A stretch of 64,000 bases of DNA from contig CBDBHB010000009.1 in NCBI GenBank assembly GCA_965205505.1, forward strand, positions 1,920,001 through 1,984,000, written 5' to 3'. Shown here one piece after another: positions 20,165 to 29,709 of this stretch. A program made the position numbers and the translations under genes. Within the stretch, counting starts at the first letter, position 1. The number at the start of each line of letters is the position of its first letter. The notes under the pieces are model-generated. The model saw nothing but the letters and a program-made list of their open reading frames with translations, was not told where the DNA came from and made no database searches. Origin of the DNA: Acidobacteriota bacterium (GTDB lineage Bacteria > Acidobacteriota > UBA890 > WLXD01).

Positions 20165-20801
20165 GGACCCGGAAACGATCGACGGCCGGCATGACCACGC
20201 GTGGCAATGACTCGCGGTTCATCTGGATGTCCTCGGGAACGATCTCGTTGAGATGCAGCAGGTAGGCGGTGAGGCCGTAGACCTCATCATCGGTCAGGGC
20301 GCCGGGAGTGTCGGGTGGCATGGTGCGGCGTATGTAGTCGAACAACGTGGTCGCATACGGCCAGTAACTGCCGATCGTCTTCGGTTGGGTCGGATCCTCC
20401 GCGAACGGGAAGGCGTCGCCGGGCTGACGCCCCACGAGGATGTTGTAGGGGCCCTCGATGCCGGTGGCCCCATGGCAGACGCTGCAGCCAGCGGCGTAGA
20501 CGGCGGCACCTGACGCGACGGTGCCGCTACCGGGCGGCAACCCGGTGCCGTCCGTCCGTACGTCGATGTCCCAGGCAGCGATCTCCGCGGCACTGGGAGA
20601 GTGTCCGAAACCGAAGCGCTCCGGCCATTCCTTCTGGGGGCCGTTTTGTGCTCCGGCTCCGTCCGTTCGCGCCCCGGCTGCCGGCACGCTGTTTGCCGGC
20701 GGCTCTGCCGCTTGCGCGTTGGCCGCTGCGGAACCCGCCTGAGTCAGCAGCAGGGCCGCGGCCAGCAGGGCCGCACTCCTCACTGATCCGCGCACCGACA
20801 C
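20154..20801 (-). CDS. soxD: SoxD-like monoheme cytochrome c
   Basis: AWDIDVR.DG.GLPPGSG, CSVCH, KTIGSYWPYATTLFDYIRR.MP; start codon uncertain. Confidence 0.8.
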   Translation of the reverse strand: MSVRGSVRSAALLAAALLLTQAGSAAANAQAAEPPANSVPAAGARTDGAGAQNGPQKEWPERFGFGHSPSAAEIAAWDIDVRTDGTGLPPGSGTVASGAAVYAAGCSVCHGATGIEGPYNILVGRQPGDAFPFAEDPTQPKTIGSYWPYATTLFDYIRRTMPPDTPGALTDDEVYGLTAYLLHLNEIVPEDIQMNRESLPRVVMPAVDRFRVHER

Positions 20802-20982
20802 ACGCTGGTCGAACGGCGCTGCAGGCTGGCACAGCTGGATTGGTGCACCTTGCGTGCCTGGCTCGGCTCGACGGAAAGAGATCGCTCGGTGCATCGTCAC
20901 GCGATGATACCGTTCGTGCGCGGGCGATGTCAGGAAAACCGGCCGCCGAGTTCGGCGACCGGCGAAAGGACGGGAGGGCACG

Positions 20983-21966
20983 ATGGCGAGACGCGCGCTG
21001 ACCGCGCTGGCGGTTCCCTTGTTGGTTTGCGTGGCGTGCGCTCCGTCGCCGCCGGATCTGCCCGCCGCCGGCGCCGCCGAGACTGGCGGTGCGGTAGGTA
21101 GTTCGCTGGCCGGATTGGCAGACGGGGTGGTCTCTCGCGTGCATGAGATGGCCGCCGGTGTGTTCCTCTATGAGCAGCTAGCCGGTCCGAACGAGGAGGT
21201 AGTAACTACCGTCAGCATGTTCGTGGCGACCTCCGACGGTGTACTGGTGGCCGACGGACAGGGAAGCCCCGAAGACACCCAACGGCTGATCGACGAGATC
21301 GCCAAGGTCACCGCCGAGCCGATCACACACGTGGTGATCTGCTCGGACCACGGTGACCACACGCGCGGTAATGTGGCGTTTCCGGCAGACACCGTCTTCT
21401 ACGCGCATCCGACGTCTGCGGCGACGCTGGAGGCGAGCGCCAACCGGCCGGATCAGCCCGCCGACTCCCCGCCGGTCATCACGCCGACCGCGCTCGTTGA
21501 TGAGCGGCTGGTCTTGCAGATGGGCGGAAAGGAGATCCAGATCCTGTTTCTGGGCCGTGCCCACACCGGCGGCGACCTGGTGGTTTATCTGCCGGCCGAG
21601 AAGATCCTCTTCATGGGCGAGACCTACTTCAACGACATGTTCCCGGCGATGGCTACTGCCTACCCGACGGAGTGGATGGCCATGATCGAGAAGGTCGAGG
21701 CGATGGATGTCGACATGTACGTCCCCGGCCATGCGGTGGTCGGCTCCGCGGAGATTCTCGGCAGGCCGCGGCTGACCATCCACCGCGACGCTGTGGGGCA
21801 GGTGATCTCCGAGGTCACGCGCCTCCACGCTGCCGGCCTCAGCGCCGACGAGGCGGTGGAACAGGCGGACTTCGGCGATCTGGAGAGCTGGGTCGATCGG
21901 TCGCTGCAGGGTGCGCGCGCCGTGCGGCGGGTTTACATGGAGCTCGACGGCGAGCTGCCTGGCTGA
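20983..21966 (+). CDS. MBL-fold metallo-hydrolase (cyclase-like), lipoprotein
   Basis: Lipobox-like VAC, SDHGDH, AHTGGD, VPGH. Confidence 0.8.
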   Translation: MARRALTALAVPLLVCVACAPSPPDLPAAGAAETGGAVGSSLAGLADGVVSRVHEMAAGVFLYEQLAGPNEEVVTTVSMFVATSDGVLVADGQGSPEDTQRLIDEIAKVTAEPITHVVICSDHGDHTRGNVAFPADTVFYAHPTSAATLEASANRPDQPADSPPVITPTALVDERLVLQMGGKEIQILFLGRAHTGGDLVVYLPAEKILFMGETYFNDMFPAMATAYPTEWMAMIEKVEAMDVDMYVPGHAVVGSAEILGRPRLTIHRDAVGQVISEVTRLHAAGLSADEAVEQADFGDLESWVDRSLQGARAVRRVYMELDGELPG

Positions 21967-22202
21967 TGAGGGGGCACGCCGCGGTAGCGGCGCAGCCGGC
22001 CCCGTTCTTACAGCTGCTGCGGCCCCAGCCCCCTCCGCGCTTCGAGACGGGTGGCCCGGTTGTCGCAACCTGGCCGGACTTGGCCGCTCCTGGCCACTCT
22101 TGTCCGCGCCCGCGTCTTGTGGAGGTGGCTAGGAGTTGGGTACGCTGCCGCCGGCCGCGCTCAACGCACGTGCCGATTGACTTGTTAGATCCGGGAGTAC
22201 CC

Positions 22203-24677
22203 ATGACCGATCGCCGCGCGCCTTTCAGTTCTGCCCTCGGCTCGATGCTTCGGATAGTCACCTGTCGCTTGGGGATCGCCTGCGGGTTGCTGCTGGGTCT
22301 GACGATCCCTGCATCGGGCGTTCTCGCCCAGGAATCGGCCCTGCTCGAGGTCTCCGGCCTCTACCAGCCGGTCGAGATCCTCGTCGACCGGTGGGGTATC
22401 AGCCATATCTATGCTGAGACCGAGCACGACCTGTTCTTCACCCAGGGCTGGAACGCGGCACGCGACCGGCTATTTCAACTCGAGCTCTGGCGCCGTCAGG
22501 CAACCGGGACCGTGGCCGAGATCCTCGGGCCGCGTGAGATCGAGCGCGATAGGGGAACTCGGCTGTTCAAGTTCCGTCGCAATCTGGAACAAGAGCTGAG
22601 CCACTATCACCCCAACGGGGTGGCGATCATCGGTGCCTACGTTGACGGCATCAACGCCTATGTCGAGCGAACTCGGCGTGATCCGAGCCTGTTGCCGATC
22701 GAGTTCGAGTTGCTCGGCATCAGCCCCGGGAGGTGGACGTCGGAGATCGTCATCTCGCGGCACCAGGGACTTCTAGGAAACATTGGTGCGGAGCTGCGTA
22801 CCGGTCGGTTGGTCGCCGAGCTGGGCGCGGCGAAGGTGAAGGACCTCGGTACGTACGGGCCCGGTGATCCGCTGCTGGCGCTCGACCCAGAGATTGATAG
22901 GGCGGCGCTCTCTGCCGACATCCTCGGCGTATACAACGCCTTCCGAGGCCGCGTGCGCTTCCGACCTGAGGACATCGTTGCCGAGCATCGCGGCGACGCC
23001 GAGTCCTTCGCCCGGCTCGAGCGTGCGGCCGAGGCCTCCAGCACGGCGCTCGCCTACGACCCGGAACTGGACGTCGGCTCCAACAACTGGGTGGTCAGCG
23101 GCGCCCGCTCCGAGAGCGGCTATCCGATCATGGCAAACGACCCCCATCGGGTGCAGGCGGCGCCGTCGTTGCGGTACTGGGTACACCTCGTGGGGCCCGG
23201 CTGGAACGTCATCGGTGGGGGCGAGCCCAGCCTCCCGGGTGTCTCGATCGGGCACAACGGCCACGGTGCCTGGGGGCTGACGGTGTTCCAGACCGACGCC
23301 GAGGATCTCTACGTCTACGAGACCAACCCGGCGAACACCAACGAGTATCGCTACCGTGGGGAGTGGCAGCCGATGACGGTGCTCGTCGAACAGATCCCGG
23401 TGAGCGGACAGAATGCACATCGCGCCGAGCTCAAGTACACGCGCCACGGCCCGGTGGTCTTCGAGGATCACAATCGCAACCTCGCATACGCGGTGCGCGC
23501 CGGCTGGATGGAGATCGGTGGGTCGCCTTACTTGGGCTCGTTGCGCATGGACCAGGCGACGACCTGGGAGGAGTTCGTCGAGGCGAGCAACTACTCCAAC
23601 ATCCCAGGCGAGAACATGGTCTGGGCGGGACGCGACGGCACCATCGGCTGGCAGGCCGTGGGTATCGCTCCCATACGTCGCAACTGGAGCGGCCTGGTAC
23701 CGGTCCCCGGCGACGGCCGCTATGAATGGGATGGCTACCTGCCGATCAAGGCCAAGCCCCATGTCGTGAACCCACCCGAGGGCTATTTCGCCACCGCCAA
23801 CAACGACCTGGTGCCACGTGACTACGAGTACATGGACGCGATCGGCTTCAGCTGGTCGGACCCGTATCGCTGGTTGCGGTTGGTTGAGGTGCTCGGCAGC
23901 GGCACACGCTTCTCGATCGCCGACATGATGCGCCTGCAGACCGACGAGCTGTCGATTCCGGCGCGGCAACTGGTGCCGCTGCTCGAGGAGGTCGAGGCTG
24001 GCGACGATCGCACCGAGCGCGCCCGGCAGCTTCTGCTCGAGTGGGACTACGTGGTCGATAAGCGGTCGGCCGCCGCCGGGCTGTACGTGGCCTGGGAAGC
24101 GCAGTTGCGCCGCAGCGTCAACGCCGCTCTGGTGCCGCCGGCAGCTCGAATGGGCCTGTCGTTGAAGAAGACGATTGACACGATCATGATCCCGCCCGGT
24201 ACGCTCGGAAGCGACCCCCTACGTGCCCGCGACCAGATCCTACTGGATGCTCTCGAGTCAGCGGTCGAAGTGTTGACTCAGAAGCTCGGGCCCGACCCTG
24301 CCGACTGGGTCTACGGCCAGTCCGACTACAAGCACGTCACCCTGCGCCACCCGTTGGGGACAGCGGTGAGCGAGTCGATGCGGGCCCGGCTCGAGGTCGG
24401 CCCGCACCCGCGCGGTGGCTACAGCTACACCGTCAACCAGACCAGCGGCGCCGACAACCAGACGTCCGGGGCGTCGTTCCGGATCATCATCGATACCGGC
24501 GACTGGGATCGCGGCGTGGGGATGAACACGCCCGGGCAGAGCGGCGATCCCGACTCACCCTTCTACCGCAACCTCTTCGAGGACTGGGCGAACGATCGGT
24601 TCCATCCAGTCTTTTATTCCCGGGATAAGATCGAGGCGGCGACGGCGATGCGAATCGAGCTCACGCCGGGAAGCTAG
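22203..24677 (+). CDS. Penicillin acylase family (S45) Ntn hydrolase
   Basis: DRWGISHIYA, DRLFQ, GSNNWVV catalytic Ser, ANDPH, TRHGP, PGQSG. Confidence 0.93.
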   Translation: MTDRRAPFSSALGSMLRIVTCRLGIACGLLLGLTIPASGVLAQESALLEVSGLYQPVEILVDRWGISHIYAETEHDLFFTQGWNAARDRLFQLELWRRQATGTVAEILGPREIERDRGTRLFKFRRNLEQELSHYHPNGVAIIGAYVDGINAYVERTRRDPSLLPIEFELLGISPGRWTSEIVISRHQGLLGNIGAELRTGRLVAELGAAKVKDLGTYGPGDPLLALDPEIDRAALSADILGVYNAFRGRVRFRPEDIVAEHRGDAESFARLERAAEASSTALAYDPELDVGSNNWVVSGARSESGYPIMANDPHRVQAAPSLRYWVHLVGPGWNVIGGGEPSLPGVSIGHNGHGAWGLTVFQTDAEDLYVYETNPANTNEYRYRGEWQPMTVLVEQIPVSGQNAHRAELKYTRHGPVVFEDHNRNLAYAVRAGWMEIGGSPYLGSLRMDQATTWEEFVEASNYSNIPGENMVWAGRDGTIGWQAVGIAPIRRNWSGLVPVPGDGRYEWDGYLPIKAKPHVVNPPEGYFATANNDLVPRDYEYMDAIGFSWSDPYRWLRLVEVLGSGTRFSIADMMRLQTDELSIPARQLVPLLEEVEAGDDRTERARQLLLEWDYVVDKRSAAAGLYVAWEAQLRRSVNAALVPPAARMGLSLKKTIDTIMIPPGTLGSDPLRARDQILLDALESAVEVLTQKLGPDPADWVYGQSDYKHVTLRHPLGTAVSESMRARLEVGPHPRGGYSYTVNQTSGADNQTSGASFRIIIDTGDWDRGVGMNTPGQSGDPDSPFYRNLFEDWANDRFHPVFYSRDKIEAATAMRIELTPGS

Positions 24678-24683
24678 AGGACA

Positions 24684-24772
24684 CTAGCAGTCCGTGGTGG
24701 AAGTGTGGCGGGTCTAGCGATACGGTCTTGCGAGGCGTAGGCACCAGGCCACCACTTTTCACCACGGACCGC
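24684..24772. mobile_element. Short MITE (TIR type C), preceded by a type-A end remnant AGGACACTAG
   Basis: CTAGCAGTCCGTGGTGGAAGTGTGGCGGG ... CCACCACTTTTCACCACGGAC inverted ends. Confidence 0.7.
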
Positions 24773-24829
24773 CACGCGGTTCGGGGTCGCTCTCGCAGCG
24801 ACCGGTTCAGAAACCAAGGAGCGGGAACC

Positions 24830-25285
24830 ATGAAGCGAGCGCTATTCGGCGTCACGGCAATCGGTTTGATGATCGTGGGCGCGCTGGCGGCGACGGCGGT
24901 CGCCGGCGAGGATGTTGTCAGGCCGGCAGAGCTGACCGCGGCGGAGATCGCGGGAGCCATCTTCGATCACCCGGAGATCGTGGTGACTACGCGCAACGAT
25001 CGCACCACGCACGATTTCATCACGCACCTGAGTAGCGACAAGAACTTCGTCAGCGGCATGTATCGCGCCACCGAGGGGCACTGGACCTACCACGACAAGC
25101 CGTACGGCGTCGACGAGTTCATGTACTTCATCGAGGGCAGCGTTACGCTGACCTCGGAGGACGGCACGGTGCAGGTGATCGAGGCCGGCGAAGCGGCGAC
25201 CATTCCGAAGGAATGGAAGGGCACCTGGGACACAATGGGCTATAGCAAGATCTACGTGATCTACTCGGCCGACGGAGTCGAGTAG
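24830..25285 (+). CDS. Secreted cupin (DUF861/EutQ-like)
   Basis: Signal peptide, DEFMYFIEGSVTL..DG, IPKEWKGTW, KIYVI. Confidence 0.85.
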   Translation: MKRALFGVTAIGLMIVGALAATAVAGEDVVRPAELTAAEIAGAIFDHPEIVVTTRNDRTTHDFITHLSSDKNFVSGMYRATEGHWTYHDKPYGVDEFMYFIEGSVTLTSEDGTVQVIEAGEAATIPKEWKGTWDTMGYSKIYVIYSADGVE

Positions 25286-26379
25286 GCGTCCAGATAGGCG
25301 TCGATCACCGGGTCGACGTAGTCGCCGCTGTCGAAGTCGCCGCGGTTCGAAAGCAGGATCACCGTTAGCCCGATCTCCGGATGTCGTGCGATGTGCGTCC
25401 GGAAGCCCACCCAGCTGCCACCGTGCGCGATGCGCTGGTAGCCACGGTAGTCGCCGATCGTGAAGCCGAAGCCGTAGCCGGTGTCCTCTCCGTTGTTGAG
25501 TCTCGCGGGCGTGAACGCTTCCTGCAGGGTTGCGCTGCTGACCAGCACCACTGTGTAGAGTGCCTGGTCCCACTTGTAGAGGTCCTCGAGGGTGGAGAAC
25601 ATGCTGCCCGAGCCGACGATGCCGTTGAGTGGGTGCTGGTCGTTCTCCACGTACCCATCACCGTCCGGGTTGTAACCGACGACGCGACGAGCGATGTGCG
25701 GACCAGTGTGATCGTGAATCAGGGAGTCGTCCATCTCCAGCCGAGCGAAGACGCGCTCGCGCATGAAATCAGCGAAGCCCATCCCGGACGCCGCTTCCAC
25801 CACTACCGCCAGCATGTCGTAGCCGGGATTGCTGTACTCGTAGCGCTCACCTGGCGGAAACAGTGGCTCACCCGTCTTCGCCAGCTGCGCTAGCGCGTCC
25901 GCGTTGGACGGCATGCCCCGCGAGGTGTCGATGTCGTTGTAATAGCCCGGCAGACCGCCCTGGTGGTGCAGGAGGTGTCGAATCGTGATGCCCTCGCCGT
26001 AGCGGGCCAGCTCGGGCAGGTGATGGGCGATGGGATCGTCGTAGTCCAAGTCGCCGCTCTCGGCCAGCAGCATGATCGCCATGGCGGTGAACTGCTTGGA
26101 GAAGGAACCGAGTCGGAACGTCGAGTCGGCGCCGATGGGGACCCCGTGTTCGATTTCCGCGTAGCCATAGCCAGCGCTGTGCACTACCTCGCCGTCGCGA
26201 ATCACCATGACCGCGACGCCAGGCTGAATGCCCTCGGTGTAGTGGGCGAACAGGGCATCGACCTGCGCCGACGGTTCCAACTGCGGGGTCTCGACCGCCG
26301 GGGCAGCACCACAGGCGAGCTCCAGGCACGACAGCAGAGCAGCCATCAGCGGGCGGCCGCGCGCCGGCCTGCTAGGCAT
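25261..26379 (-). CDS. Serine hydrolase, beta-lactamase family (S12)
   Basis: FRLGSFSKQF (SxxK), YSN, HGG. Confidence 0.92.
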   Translation of the reverse strand: MPSRPARGRPLMAALLSCLELACGAAPAVETPQLEPSAQVDALFAHYTEGIQPGVAVMVIRDGEVVHSAGYGYAEIEHGVPIGADSTFRLGSFSKQFTAMAIMLLAESGDLDYDDPIAHHLPELARYGEGITIRHLLHHQGGLPGYYNDIDTSRGMPSNADALAQLAKTGEPLFPPGERYEYSNPGYDMLAVVVEAASGMGFADFMRERVFARLEMDDSLIHDHTGPHIARRVVGYNPDGDGYVENDQHPLNGIVGSGSMFSTLEDLYKWDQALYTVVLVSSATLQEAFTPARLNNGEDTGYGFGFTIGDYRGYQRIAHGGSWVGFRTHIARHPEIGLTVILLSNRGDFDSGDYVDPVIDAYLDAYSTPSAE

Positions 26380-27772
26380 GCTGTCCTCCGTTGGCGCCCG
26401 CGGCGTCGAGGGCGTCGCGGATCATCCGCCGCTGCTGGGCGGGGTCAGACCAGCGCCGCTGGCTCTCGACGGGGAGCATGGGGATGGGGTCGAAATACAG
26501 GAAGTAGCCATCCTTGACCGACGGCGCCGTGTAGACGCTGATGCCAGTATCCGGATCGTAGTGTTCGTACGAGTGGATGTCGCGCTTGCCACCGCCGCCG
26601 GGCGCGTCGACGACCACGGTGGGGGTGTTGAATCCCGCCGTCACGCCACGCACGCGCTTCTCCACGGCGATGCCGGTGGCGACGGTGGTGCGTAGGTCCT
26701 CGACGCCCTTCACCAGATCGTGCATGTATACGTAGTATGGGTGCACGTTGATGTAGCTGAGCCGTTTGACCAGCCGCTGCATGGTGGCGACCTTGTCGTT
26801 CACCCCGCGCTGCATGACGCTCTGGTTGCGCGACGTCACGCCGCGCTCGAACAGCACGTTCATGGCGTCGTGCGTAATGCCGGTGATCTCGCGCCCAGTG
26901 TTGAAGTGCGTGTGCAGCACTACCTCCTTGCCGAGCTGCCTGCCGCGCTCGTGCACGTCGGTAAGCGCATCAACCCACTCGTGGTCGGTGAGTAGCTTCT
27001 GCGGCATGACCGCCGGGCCTTTGGTGGCGAACCGCATGCGGCGAATATGATCGATCTCCAACAGCGTCAAGCCGATGGTGCGGATCTGCTCGGCACGCAG
27101 GTTGTAGGCATCGCCACCGGAGATGACGATGTCCTCGAGCTCGGGGCGCGAGCGCACGTACTCGAACATGAGATCCCAGCGCTCGGTGTTGACCTTCAGC
27201 TGGACCTTCTCGACTTCCTCGGTGTCGATACCCACCGCGTAGCTTCGAGTGCAGAATCGGCAGTACACCGGACATGTATCGAGGGCGAGAAATAGCGCCT
27301 TGTCGGGATAGCGGTGCGTCAAGCCGGGCACCGGAGCGTCGGCCTGCTCGTGCAGCGAGTCGAGCTCTAGCTTGGGATGGTCGGGCAATAGCCGCGATCC
27401 GACCGGGATGAACTGGATACGTAGCGGGTCCTCGTAGGGGTCCTCCCAGTTGATCAGACTGAGAAGATAGGGGGAGACCCGTACGCTCATGGGCGAGTGC
27501 TCGAAGCCGTTGCGCACGTCCTCGATGAATGCGTCGCTCACCAGCCCGCTGAGCGCCGCCAGCAGTTTCTTCGGTGTCGTGATCGAGTTTCTCGCCTGCC
27601 ACAAGTGGTCGAGGAACTGCGGCTCCGAGACGTCGCCGTATGCCGGAACATCGCGCCAGAACTCGCCCCGAACCAGATCGCGATGCCCGAGCGCCGACGG
27701 ATCGACCGAGTCCTTGAGATACGGGGCGGCTGCGCCTTCTACTTCGGTGGTTTTCAGCGTGCTCGACGACAT
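26372..27772 (-). CDS. kamA: Lysine 2,3-aminomutase, KamA-family radical SAM
   Basis: HRYPDKALF, CPVYCRFCTR, SGGD, HFN, NQSV, PYYVYMHD, VVDAPGGGGK. Confidence 0.9.
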   Translation of the reverse strand: MSSSTLKTTEVEGAAAPYLKDSVDPSALGHRDLVRGEFWRDVPAYGDVSEPQFLDHLWQARNSITTPKKLLAALSGLVSDAFIEDVRNGFEHSPMSVRVSPYLLSLINWEDPYEDPLRIQFIPVGSRLLPDHPKLELDSLHEQADAPVPGLTHRYPDKALFLALDTCPVYCRFCTRSYAVGIDTEEVEKVQLKVNTERWDLMFEYVRSRPELEDIVISGGDAYNLRAEQIRTIGLTLLEIDHIRRMRFATKGPAVMPQKLLTDHEWVDALTDVHERGRQLGKEVVLHTHFNTGREITGITHDAMNVLFERGVTSRNQSVMQRGVNDKVATMQRLVKRLSYINVHPYYVYMHDLVKGVEDLRTTVATGIAVEKRVRGVTAGFNTPTVVVDAPGGGGKRDIHSYEHYDPDTGISVYTAPSVKDGYFLYFDPIPMLPVESQRRWSDPAQQRRMIRDALDAAGANGGQHA

Positions 27773-28045
27773 GATTCCGATCCTTTGCTTCACCTGGGGC
27801 TGATGAGACCAACTAGCGTGCCCCGGCAGGACGCAGGGGCACGGTCACGGCATCAGCGGTAGACGTCGGGCTGGTGAAGGATGTTCCGGTTGAACCACAT
27901 GTCAGGCCACGAGCGATTGGGTGGAGACGTGAGGCTAGCCGCCGAAGCAACGGCGTCGCGAAACGGACGGAGGCCGGACAAGTATCATCCCATCGCACCG
28001 TGAGCACGGGCAACCTCGGGGTGTTTCCCTACGCGGTCAGGCGTT

Positions 28046-28074
28046 TTGCAGCGACTTGACGACAGGCATACGAT
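28046..28074 (+). promoter_or_regulatory. Putative sigma-70 promoter of the ALDH operon
   Basis: TTGCAG-N17-TACGAT, about 75 bp upstream of the start. Confidence 0.45.
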
Positions 28075-28149
28075 GTCCGCCTGAGATCGGCCAGGCGATC
28101 CGGCTGATCAGGCGACGACGACTGAGTTATCCACCGAGAGGCGACCGTG

Positions 28150-29709
28150 ATGGCCGAAGAATTCCGCGTTACCTATGCGACGCTCGCAGCCGACCCGAAC
28201 ATGCACGCCGACTACGAGCGCGGCATCGAGGACGCCAAGGCGTGGCTCGGCCAGCGACATCCGTTCTATGTGAATGGGGAGGCTCGCGACGGTGATGGCT
28301 GGCACACGGAGGTGTCCCCGATCGACTCGGACATCGTGCTCGGCGAGTTCGCCAGAGCGACCCATCAGGACGTGAGCGATGCCATCGCTGCCGCCAAGGA
28401 CTACGCGCTGGCCTGGGACGCCCTGGGATACCAGAAGCGCGCCGAGATCCTCGACCGGGCCGCAGGGATCATCGAGGAGCGGCGCTACATGATGTCGGCG
28501 CTGATGGCCATGGAGGTGGGGAAGAATCGCCTCGAGGCCGTCGGCGACGTGCAGGAGTCGGCCGACCTCATCCGTTGGAACACACACGCGATGATCCAGG
28601 CCAAGGGCTTCAAGGTGCCGATGCAGCCGCTGGGCGAGGCCGGCGACTACTACGACATCATGCGCCCCTACGGCGTCTGGGGGGTCATCAGCCCCTTCAA
28701 CTTCCCGATGGCGCTGGCGGCAGGCCCGTCGTCGGCGGCGCTGGCAGCCGGGAACACGGTGGTCTTCAAGCCTGCTTCACAGGGCGCGGCAACCGGGCAC
28801 ATGCTCTACGAGGCCTATCGCGAGGCCGGCATGCCACCCGCGGCGTTCCAGTTGTTGTCGGGGTCTGGGGAGGTCGTCGGCGACGGCATCGCCACCAGCC
28901 CCGACGTAAAGGGCCTCACGTTTACCGGCTCCTACGAAGTCGGGATGAAGATCTACAGGGAATTCGCCAAGGACTACCCCAAGCCGGCTATCTGCGAGAT
29001 GGGCGGCAAGAACCCGACGATCGTCACCAGGCACGCCGATATCGAAAAGGCCACCGATGGCGTGTGGCGCAGTGCGTTCGGTCTCCAGGGGCAGAAGTGC
29101 TCGGCTAACTCGCGGGTGTACGTGGAGCGCGAGCTGTACGACGAGTTCGTCGCCAAGTTGAGGGAAAAGACCGAGGCCCTGGTGGTCGGCAACCCGCTTG
29201 AGCAGGGCGTGTTTGTTGGACCGGTGATCAACCAGGCGGCTGTCGACACTTTCGAGGAAGCCGCCGAGGAAGCCAGACGGACAGGTGAGGTGATCGCCGG
29301 CGGAGAGGTGATGACCGACGGCGAATTGGCACGCGGCACCTACGTGCAGCCGACAGTGGTACATGTGCCACGCGACTCCTGGCTGTGGAAGCGCGAGCTG
29401 TTCGTGCCGTTCGTGGCGGTGGATGCGGTGGACTCGCTCGACGAGGCGATCGAGCTCGCCAACGACACCGAGTACGGCCTTACGGCGGGTCTGTTCAGCG
29501 AGGATCAAGCCGAGATCGACCGCTTCTGTAGCGAGATCGAGGCCGGCGTCATCTACATCAACCGCGCCTCCGGAGCCACCACCGGTGCTTGGCCGGGAGC
29601 TCAGCCGTTCGGCGGCTGGAAGGGTTCCGGGACGATGGGTAAGGCCGCCGGCGGTCCCTACTACGTGCTTCAGTACATGCGCGAACAATCCAGGACGGTG
29701 ATCGGATGA
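28150..29709 (+). CDS. Aldehyde dehydrogenase, P5C dehydrogenase (RocA/PruA)-like
   Basis: EVGKN..EA.GD, ISPFNFP, FTGS, EMGGKN, SAFGLQGQKCSA, TTGA.PG.QPFGGWK.SG. Confidence 0.9.
   Translation: MAEEFRVTYATLAADPNMHADYERGIEDAKAWLGQRHPFYVNGEARDGDGWHTEVSPIDSDIVLGEFARATHQDVSDAIAAAKDYALAWDALGYQKRAEILDRAAGIIEERRYMMSALMAMEVGKNRLEAVGDVQESADLIRWNTHAMIQAKGFKVPMQPLGEAGDYYDIMRPYGVWGVISPFNFPMALAAGPSSAALAAGNTVVFKPASQGAATGHMLYEAYREAGMPPAAFQLLSGSGEVVGDGIATSPDVKGLTFTGSYEVGMKIYREFAKDYPKPAICEMGGKNPTIVTRHADIEKATDGVWRSAFGLQGQKCSANSRVYVERELYDEFVAKLREKTEALVVGNPLEQGVFVGPVINQAAVDTFEEAAEEARRTGEVIAGGEVMTDGELARGTYVQPTVVHVPRDSWLWKRELFVPFVAVDAVDSLDEAIELANDTEYGLTAGLFSEDQAEIDRFCSEIEAGVIYINRASGATTGAWPGAQPFGGWKGSGTMGKAAGGPYYVLQYMREQSRTVIG

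Noticed and set aside
26372-27772. EF-P modification enzyme EpmB
   Set aside because: Much longer than typical EpmB, and no adjacent efp or epmA.
27817-27843. Hairpin CGTGCCCC-N11-GGGGCACG upstream of kamA as a riboswitch or terminator
   Set aside because: No U-tract and no recognisable lysine or SAM riboswitch core.
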